From Candidatus Methylomirabilia bacterium (GTDB taxonomy: Bacteria > Methylomirabilota > Methylomirabilia > Rokubacteriales > CSP1-6), in contig JBHIBG010000050.1 in NCBI GenBank assembly GCA_046758965.1, forward strand, positions 1 through 18,439: a stretch of 18,439 nt of DNA, read 5' to 3'. Each line of letters opens with the position of its first letter. Positions within the stretch are counted from its first letter, which is position 1. Both the position numbers and the translations under genes were made by a program. A model generated the notes under the pieces. The model worked only from the letters and a program-made list of their open reading frames with translations. It searched no databases and was not told the origin of the DNA. Shown here piece by piece: positions 7,309 to 13,109 of this stretch.

Positions 7309-9300
7309 TCACCTCCCTCCTGTTCCATCGGTCTGGGGAGAACCGCCCTGGTCGTACAGGTTGAAGACCTCAAGGAAGCGGTTGTCTTTCCCCGCTGAGA
7401 GCACCACCAGCTCGACCCGACCGTCGCCGCCAAGGTCGGCGAGAGCGAGGTCCAGGGCCTGGCCCGAGAGGCGCATGGACTCCCATCGTTTGCTGAACTG
7501 GCGACTCTGGGCATCCCAGCCGTAGCCAATGGCTCGGCCTGGAGGCGCCTGAATGTTCCCGATAGAGATCCGGAGCCCGAACTCCTGAGGGTTCGCGATT
7601 GTCACCACCTCAGAGGTCCCGGCGATGGGAGGCGCGATCACCACGCGACGCGGCAGGCTCCGCCACACCGCCAAGGATTCCGCGTACGCATCGAAGTTCC
7701 GGCCCCGGTAGTCGGGATACCGCGGCGTTTGGGCAAAGCCTCGCCCCTCCACCGTTCCCAGAGAGTCGTCAGCCTCCCACCGGAGCCGGCCCTCCCCGTC
7801 GTAGATCAGAAGCCGACCGTCGGAGGACACGATCGCCAACTCGTCGCTCCCGTCGCCGTCGAGGTCTCCCGTCCCGAAGGCGTAGAGCGATTCCGTCACC
7901 GACGAGACGGGGAACCGGGACCCGATGCGGTACCGGGCGCCCTCCCACTCCACGATCCTCACCGGCCCCTGGAACGGCTCATAGGCCCCCATCGCTTGAG
8001 CCAGGAGGACCGGAGGATTGCCGGGAGTGTGGAGGACGCGGAGATATCGGTCGAAGTCTGTGAACAGGTATTCAAACCGCCCCTTGCGAACTTCGGCGAT
8101 CGCGGAGGCGAGTTCGTTCTCCATGCGGTTTCCCCGCGCCACTGTCCGGACCGCGGTGAGGACGACCTCGTCTTTGCCGTTTCCGTTGAAGTCGCCGGTG
8201 TCCACGTGGAGATAGCTCGTGAAGGCATCCGGCAGAGGATCATCGACGGCCAGCGGTGCCACGCCCCTGCCCGTCCACCGGTAGACGACCACCTGCCGGT
8301 GGGTGATCCCTACGATTTCCGGCCGCCCGTCCCCATCCACATCCCCCAGCGCGATGGCCACGAGGGGTTGTGGGAGCGCCACGCTGGCATGGCCCCGGCT
8401 CCGCTCCGCTCGCTGGATGGCCGCCTGGGGTTGGATCTGGCGAATCGCTGCGCCGTAAGCTGACGGCGCGGGTGATGCTGGCGCGGGAGGCGGAGAGACC
8501 TGGGCTGGCGCAGGAGGCGGAGAAGCCTGGCTCGGCGCGGGGGGCGGAGAAGCCTGGGCACGCGCTGATGTCCAGACAGCGCGACGTTGCGCGAGGGTTT
8601 GTCCCGTGAAGAGGGAGCGGATTCTCAGGACCACCTCGACACCATCCGTCCCCGAGATGAGCAGCGGGGCAACGATCAGCGCATACTCGCGCTCCTGCCG
8701 GAGCCGCGTCACCTGCCAGCGCTTCTCACTGGGCTGGTCAGCCCGCACCACGCGCAGGCTACGGGCCGTGAGCAGCTCCAGCTCGAGCCAACGATCCAGC
8801 CGCCGGGCGGAGCGAGCGAGCTCGGGAGCGTCCTCCGTCTCCGTTGGGAGGAGCACGATCGTCAGCCGGGACGGCCACCGCAACCGGTCGCCGGGCCGGA
8901 GGTCGCCATCGCTCCACAGAACGACGGCACGGGCGACCTGGCCCCGCCCTTCAGCGATCCGGGCCACCCCGACCGTCTCGGGAAGTCCACTCCCTCCTGG
9001 GTCCGGTGGTCGAAGCAGCAAGTATTCAGCATCAGCTGGCGGAGCGGCACCGGGAAATCTCACGATCAGGTCGCGGGGATCTTGCATTGAAACGACCTCG
9101 CCTTCGGGCCGCTCCGCGAAGAGGTCAGCGAAGAGGGTCCGAACCGCCGCCTCCATAGCGTCCCTGAGAGAGATCGCGGGAGCTCCTGCCGCCGCGCTGC
9201 TGAAGCTAAGGGTGATGACAACCGCCGCAGCGATCCGCATCACACGCTGGTGCAATCTCATTCCCGCCGGGTGCTCTCGGATTGCAACCTCGCTCCGCAT
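7309..9300 (-). CDS. Secreted FG-GAP/VCBS repeat (integrin-alpha-like beta-propeller) protein
   Basis: Start moved to ATG 9300 (GAGGGGAG RBS; the track start 9378 lies in the terminator U-tract). Signal-like MRIAAAVVITLSFSSAAAG. Repeats ALGDVDGDGRPEIV, TGDFNGNGKDEVV, TGDLDGDGSDELA, LADLGGDGRVELV. Confidence 0.85.
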   Translation of the reverse strand: MRSEVAIREHPAGMRLHQRVMRIAAAVVITLSFSSAAAGAPAISLRDAMEAAVRTLFADLFAERPEGEVVSMQDPRDLIVRFPGAAPPADAEYLLLRPPDPGGSGLPETVGVARIAEGRGQVARAVVLWSDGDLRPGDRLRWPSRLTIVLLPTETEDAPELARSARRLDRWLELELLTARSLRVVRADQPSEKRWQVTRLRQEREYALIVAPLLISGTDGVEVVLRIRSLFTGQTLAQRRAVWTSARAQASPPPAPSQASPPPAPAQVSPPPAPASPAPSAYGAAIRQIQPQAAIQRAERSRGHASVALPQPLVAIALGDVDGDGRPEIVGITHRQVVVYRWTGRGVAPLAVDDPLPDAFTSYLHVDTGDFNGNGKDEVVLTAVRTVARGNRMENELASAIAEVRKGRFEYLFTDFDRYLRVLHTPGNPPVLLAQAMGAYEPFQGPVRIVEWEGARYRIGSRFPVSSVTESLYAFGTGDLDGDGSDELAIVSSDGRLLIYDGEGRLRWEADDSLGTVEGRGFAQTPRYPDYRGRNFDAYAESLAVWRSLPRRVVIAPPIAGTSEVVTIANPQEFGLRISIGNIQAPPGRAIGYGWDAQSRQFSKRWESMRLSGQALDLALADLGGDGRVELVVLSAGKDNRFLEVFNLYDQGGSPQTDGTGGR
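8480..8560 (-). repeat. 3 x 27-nt coding tandem repeat ([AS]Q[AV]SPPPAP linker)
   Basis: Plus-strand units ggcgcgggaggcggagagacctgggct, ggcgcaggaggcggagaagcctggctc, ggcgcggggggcggagaagcctgggca. Confidence 0.9.
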
Positions 9301-9371
9301 CGTGATTTCTCCCCTCGGTTCCACTCGCTCCCGCAGTTGCTTGAGAGCCACGCCCCCCGCCCGCCAAGGCC

Positions 9372-9419
9372 AAAACAAAAGAGGCCGCCCCGGGGACCGA
9401 ACTCCCCACTGGCGGCCTC
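9372..9419 (-). terminator. Intrinsic terminator in the leader of the FG-GAP/porin genes
   Basis: Minus-strand RNA GAGGCCGCC...GGGGA-GUUCGG-UCCCC...GGCGGCCUC-UUUUGUUUU: 9-bp outer stem, 5-bp inner stem and U tract. Confidence 0.85.
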
Positions 9420-9438
9420 CTGTATGTCAGGTCAGCCA
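9413..9438 (-). promoter_or_regulatory. Putative antiterminator or protein-binding hairpin overlapping the terminator 5' arm
   Basis: UGGC-UGA-CCUG-ACAUA-CAGG-AG-GCCG: two stems around a UGA/AG internal loop; its 3' strand (GAGGCCG) is also the 5' arm of the terminator. Confidence 0.55.
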
Positions 9439-9492
9439 AATTTGAAACAATTGAACCTAAATCATTTAAATCATTTGAACTAGGCCATGTGC

Positions 9493-9521
9493 ACTAGACC
9501 AGCTCTTCGAACAGATGTCAA
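9493..9521 (-). promoter_or_regulatory. Possible sigma70 promoter between the DUF2292-like gene and the attenuator
   Basis: Perfect TTGACA (9521-9516), 17 nt, TCTAGT (9498-9493) preceded by TGn. The -10 lacks the conserved -11 A. Confidence 0.3.
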
Positions 9522-9537
9522 CATAAACCGAAGTTAG

Positions 9538-9750
9538 TCAGCCCAGTGAAAGCGTCAACAGCAGTTTTCGGTCTACCTTCTCGGTAATCTCAACGTCTAT
9601 CACCCGCCCATCGCTCACCGCCACGACGACCCGCCCAAACCTCTTTTTTTTCACGCGGCTCAACGCCTCGAGCAGGAGCAGTGCCTCTCGTGTGGTTACT
9701 TCTTCCGGGAGCCCCACACTGGCTTTCGGTTTATGAGCCAACGCGTCCAC
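9538..9750 (-). CDS. YezD/DUF2292-like small protein
   Basis: Helix (EALLLLEALSRV) then FGRVVVAVSDGRVIDVEITEKV, resembling the DUF2292 pattern [FY]G-x-V-x-I-x-V-x-DG-x-V-x2-IE-x2-EK. Start uncertain (GTG 9750 or GTG 9717). Confidence 0.7.
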   Translation of the reverse strand: MDALAHKPKASVGLPEEVTTREALLLLEALSRVKKKRFGRVVVAVSDGRVIDVEITEKVDRKLLLTLSLG

Positions 9751-10264
9751 AGCACTCAGTGCGCTTCAGCCCCCGCGATACGCTATGCTCGGGCGCGGGG
9801 ACCACAAATTGCACCCACTCGTACACGCGCCCTGCCCGGAGATAGATCCGATAGCCCATACTCGGCGGCAGATGGCGAGCAAAATAGGGCCAGTACTCCC
9901 ACTCCTCATCGTCCTCCCCGAGGCGAAACCGGTGCCAGGGATACCCCCAGGACATCACCAGCGCTTCAGCGCTCATTCCCCGCACAAGCCGCTGAGCGAG
10001 CACGGTCTCCCGCTCCCCTTCGGGAAGCGCCAAGAACCGTCGGCGAACTCCTAAAGATTCGGCGTAGGCCGCTCGGTCGGTTGGGGTGGTCAGGCGCAGA
10101 TACTCGGCCTGCTGAGAGGAGGTCATGAACCCGCTGTAGATCTCAAAGAGCCGCTGTTCATCATGAGGGAGCCGAAGATACGAGAGAGCGCTGCCACATC
10201 CCGAAGCGGTGACGACGAAGCCAAGTGCAGCTCCAAGCACCAGCCTGAATGTGTGGAACCTCAC
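9731..10264 (-). CDS. Lipoprotein with C-terminal SmpA/OmlA (BamE)-like domain
   Basis: Start moved to GTG 10264 (G-rich RBS); lipobox TASGC after a hydrophobic stretch; GMSAEALVMSWGYP...EEWEY...IYLRAGRV resembles the BamE-like fold pattern. Confidence 0.7.
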   Translation of the reverse strand: MRFHTFRLVLGAALGFVVTASGCGSALSYLRLPHDEQRLFEIYSGFMTSSQQAEYLRLTTPTDRAAYAESLGVRRRFLALPEGERETVLAQRLVRGMSAEALVMSWGYPWHRFRLGEDDEEWEYWPYFARHLPPSMGYRIYLRAGRVYEWVQFVVPAPEHSVSRGLKRTECCGRVGS

Positions 10265-10345
10265 AGCTATCCCGCCCCCCCCTGCCTGACCCCAACGCAC
10301 CCGGTTGTTCCCCCCTCAGCGGCTAGAGAAACTTCTCCCTACGCG

Positions 10346-10372
10346 AACGCCTGAAGCCAGGCAAAAATTCCC
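10346..10372 (-). promoter_or_regulatory. Putative SigR/SigH-type ECF promoter
   Basis: Minus strand GGGAAT (10372-10367), 17 nt, CGTT (10349-10346), i.e. GGAAT-N18-GTT, between the ECF gene and the lipoprotein. Confidence 0.55.
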
Positions 10373-10409
10373 TCCGATGGGAAGGCGCGATAAGTTCCCT
10401 GAGGCGCCG

Positions 10410-11045
10410 TCACTGGTGTACGACCCAATAGGAAAGGGGGTATACCGCCAGCACCTTCCGAAGGAGCTGGCGTGCCCGAAAGAGACGGGACATAACAGTC
10501 CCCGCTGGCACCCCGCAGATCTGGGCGATCTCTTTATACGAGAACTCCTCCACATCGGCGAGCAGGACCACTTCCCGCAACCGGACCGGCAGACGCTCGA
10601 GCGCGTCGACCAAGCGCTTGTCCACCACGGAGTTGAAAAACGCCTCCTCCGGGTTGGCGATGGTCGCGACGAGTTCAGAAGACCCGCTTTCAGTTCGCTC
10701 CAGCTCGCCCTCGTGGAACTCCAACCGTTCCGTTCCCTCCCGCTTCAACCGGCTTATGAACGTATTGCGCAAGATGGCGAACAGCCACGCCCGGCAGTTG
10801 GTCCCGGGCTGAAACTGGTCGAAGTGCCGGAAGGCGCGAAGGTAAGTCTCCTGAACCAGATCCTCAGCCTCGACCCGGTTTCTACAGAGCCGAAGAGCCA
10901 TCTGATAGAGCCGGTTCAGGTGAACCAGTGCGACCTCTTCGAACACGTGCTGCGGAACCGGCCCTAACTCTTGCTGGGCTTCGAAGGCAGCGGCGGGCCG
11001 CACCGGGGCGGCGGGTGAGCGCACTGGCCGGCCTGCCTGCTTCAT
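10410..11045 (-). CDS. ECF RNA polymerase sigma factor, SigR/SigH-like
   Basis: Region 2 LYQMALRLCRNRVEAEDLVQETYLRAFRHFDQFQPGTNCRAWLFAILRNTFI; region 4 VLLADVEEFSYKEIAQICGVPAGTVMSRLFRAR. Confidence 0.95.
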   Translation of the reverse strand: MKQAGRPVRSPAAPVRPAAAFEAQQELGPVPQHVFEEVALVHLNRLYQMALRLCRNRVEAEDLVQETYLRAFRHFDQFQPGTNCRAWLFAILRNTFISRLKREGTERLEFHEGELERTESGSSELVATIANPEEAFFNSVVDKRLVDALERLPVRLREVVLLADVEEFSYKEIAQICGVPAGTVMSRLFRARQLLRKVLAVYPLSYWVVHQ

Positions 11046-11326
11046 TGATCTCGGTTCGCCCCCAACAGATCCTTCTCACCCTCTGTGACGCCGGTGGAGA
11101 CCGAGGCCAACCCTGTGTCAGGAGGAAAAGGCGATCGAGAGCGCGCTCTAAATGGCCGAAAGGCAAGAACAGATGAGATTGTCCCCAAGATTCGGGAGAC
11201 GGCCGGCTTCTTGGATTCGGACACGACCTCCGCCTTGTCGTGCTTGCAGCAGACCGCCACGGTCTTGTTGCAGTGGACGCAGACCCGGCAGCCGCACTTT
11301 TTGGTGATGACGAATTTATGAACCAT
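11042..11326 (-). CDS. Small Cys/His-rich protein, probable metal-binding
   Basis: MVHKFVITKKCGCRVCVHCNKTVAVCCKHD (6 Cys, 3 His in 29 aa); strong GC3 bias over the N-terminal half; its TGA overlaps the sigma ATG (ATGA). Confidence 0.7.
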   Translation of the reverse strand: MVHKFVITKKCGCRVCVHCNKTVAVCCKHDKAEVVSESKKPAVSRILGTISSVLAFRPFRARSRSPFPPDTGLASVSTGVTEGEKDLLGANRDQ

Positions 11327-11344
11327 TGGCTGTGTCGGCCGCCT

Positions 11345-11461
11345 TTACATCAGCCGATCAATGAGTTCCCTGCAGCGCTCTCCGCCACAGAAGATCAAGT
11401 CCCACAGAACCAACAGCGCGACCAGCGCCGCCACGATAAGGGCCCAGCCCATCCAACTCAT
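11345..11461 (-). CDS. 38-aa single-pass membrane peptide with Cx4C (below the ORF-track cutoff)
   Basis: Manual translation MSWMGWALIVAALVALLVLWDLIFCGGERCRELIDRLM*; GAGGT RBS 5 nt before the ATG; first gene after the sigma54 promoter; ends 18 nt before the next ATG. Confidence 0.7.
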   Translation of the reverse strand: MSWMGWALIVAALVALLVLWDLIFCGGERCRELIDRLM

Positions 11462-11529
11462 GGGCTACCTCGACACCCGCTCCAGGCTTGGAGCCGGCAA
11501 TTCACCTGCTTGAGGTCAGCGCTCCAGGC

Positions 11530-11545
11530 TGCAAGTCCGGTGCCA
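11530..11545 (-). promoter_or_regulatory. Sigma54 (RpoN) -24/-12 promoter
   Basis: Minus strand TGGCACCGGACTTGCA fits TGGCAC-N5-TTGCW with exact GG-N10-GC spacing; intergenic and correctly oriented; predicted +1 near 11519. Confidence 0.8.
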
Positions 11546-11587
11546 TGCTCTCCGAGCCCAAATTTCCGCGAGTTCATCAAGATCGGG

Positions 11588-11635
11588 CGGGCGTTCTGCC
11601 CGATCTTTGATAGTGCCCGCCGGGAATTGTGCCTG
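11588..11635. promoter_or_regulatory. Two palindromic sites, candidate enhancer (UAS) for a sigma54 activator
   Basis: CGGGCG-TTC-TGCCCG (11588-11602) and CGGGAA-TTG-TGCCTG (11621-11635), centres 33 bp apart at about -76 and -109. A perfect copy CGGGCA-TTC-TGCCCG lies at 12818-12832. Confidence 0.5.
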
Positions 11636-11741
11636 AAGTTCGAGCGCTAGAACCCAAAGAGGCAGTCGATGATGCGTGGTCGCCCGACACACGCGTTTCG
11701 GCTCCAGAGGATCGAGCTTCCGGTCGCGGCCGGCTCCCAGC

Positions 11742-12560
11742 TTACTCTTCAATCGCCTTCTGCCGCCGTTGCAGATAGGCGTTCCGCACCCCGCTGTAAA
11801 GGTCGAGGGCGGACTCTTCGACGGTCTCGAACAGCTCCAGATTGAGCGCGCGGTCATTGAGACGCTCCCCCGCCCCGATGCCTGTCAGCGCGCCGATCGG
11901 GAAAATGACGTAGTTGAACGGATCCAACGCTGCATCGGCGGCGAAGCCGATCCCGTCACGGACGGTGAGGGGGGGCAGGAACGGCAAGACCAGATAGGGC
12001 CCGGGACCTGCGCCATAGACCGCGAAGGTCTGGCCCGTGTCCTCATTGCTCTGTTCGATCCCTAACTCCTTGGCGACGTCGAAGAAGCCGGCGATGCCGA
12101 CTGTCGTGTTGAGGAGGAAGCGGGCCAGTTCCTGTCCGGCTCCTTTGACCTTGAGCTGGAGCAGGTTGTTCACCAGCCTGCGCGGCATACTCAGGTTATC
12201 GAAGGCATTGTCCAGGCCCCGCTCCACCGGGTCGGGCACGGCCTTGTCCCAGACTCTTGCCGCCGGTTTCAGGAGAAACCGGTCGAGCTTGCGGTTGAAC
12301 GAGAACATCGCCTCGTTAAAGGGCTCCCATGGGTCGTACTCCTCCATTTCGTCTTCCCCGATCCGCGATGACCTCGGCGTCCGTTCTCGGGCTCCCTCCG
12401 CGGAGTCGTTGGCCTTCACGGCGGCCTGAGCTCCCGGCACCCTGTCGTAAGAATCGGCTGTTTCCCCGATTGCGCTCGATGCGCCAACGAGGATTGTGAT
12501 TGCAACCGCGATCACCACGGCAACGATCTGTGGCAGCAATCTACTCGGCCCGCGTGGCAT
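11742..12560 (-). CDS. mlaA: MlaA/VacJ family phospholipid-asymmetry protein
   Basis: DPWEPFNEAMFSFN, RFLLNTTVGIAGFFDVA, EDTGQT, GPYLVLPFLPPLTVRD, DLYSGVRNAYLQRR; start moved to ATG 12560 (AGGAGG RBS). Confidence 0.93.
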   Translation of the reverse strand: MPRGPSRLLPQIVAVVIAVAITILVGASSAIGETADSYDRVPGAQAAVKANDSAEGARERTPRSSRIGEDEMEEYDPWEPFNEAMFSFNRKLDRFLLKPAARVWDKAVPDPVERGLDNAFDNLSMPRRLVNNLLQLKVKGAGQELARFLLNTTVGIAGFFDVAKELGIEQSNEDTGQTFAVYGAGPGPYLVLPFLPPLTVRDGIGFAADAALDPFNYVIFPIGALTGIGAGERLNDRALNLELFETVEESALDLYSGVRNAYLQRRQKAIEE

Positions 12561-13109
12561 TGTCGTCCTCCTGGGGGCTAGGCTAAACCGACGAAGTGTT
12601 TCGGCACGATCTCTTCTCGTTCCCATCGTTTCTAAGAGGACCGGGGCCCGTAAATAGTTTCAGCAAGCAATTTTTGCTTGAGACTGTGCACTTGGGCCTG
12701 AAGAGCGGCTCAACCCATTGAGTGCCCGATCACCGGCCGCCAGTGACTTTCAGTGTGAGGCTCTTCACAAGAGCCTCACGCTCCCTCTTCCCTCTTTAGC
12801 GAGAACTCCGTCGCGCGCGGGCATTCTGCCCGATCCGTCGGTTCCCCCTGATCCTTCGCGGGCGGGAATCTTCGGGAAGATGCATCGCATCTTATGTGTT
12901 AAGCGAGTGAGACCTATGAACCTCTCAGGCATGACTTTCCATGTTCAGGCCGATCCGAGTGTTCGACTGATGAGGTCAGTGGCGCTGGGTTCGGCAATCC
13001 GAGCGGGGCCGGTGATCACCCTCCTCGCGACTCCTCTCGTATACCCCGCCCCCCTCAGAGGCCTCGCCCAATCGATGTTCAGAAACCTCGCCCGAAGTGG
13101 GTTCTCGCG

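Noticed and set aside
8480..8560. 27-nt repeats as a possible CRISPR array or mobile-element signature
   Set aside because: In-frame, spacerless repeats encoding a Pro-rich linker; no cas or transposase genes in the window.
9643..9651. A8 run forming an A_AAA_AAG slippery heptamer in the DUF2292-like gene
   Set aside because: The -1 frame stops after about 17 codons, no stimulatory element was identified, and Lys-Lys-Lys coding explains it.
11503..11520. GCUGACCU-CAAG-CAGG near the predicted sigma54 +1, resembling the antiterminator hairpin
   Set aside because: Only 8 nt are identical, the closing AGGCC arm is missing, and no terminator follows.
11478..11530. 11-bp direct repeat CGCTCCAGGCT at 11478 and 11520
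   Set aside because: Two short GC-rich copies only; no CRISPR-like periodicity or other support.
11623..11648. Plus-strand GGAAT-N17-CGCT ECF-like promoter
   Set aside because: The -10 is mismatched, it points antisense into the mlaA 3' end, and it is better explained as the second palindromic site.
56..12429. Many long plus-strand ORFs (e.g. 1020-2096, 3159-3980, 8606-9445, 10305-10967)
   Set aside because: Antisense shadows of well-supported minus-strand genes in high-GC DNA, with no motifs.
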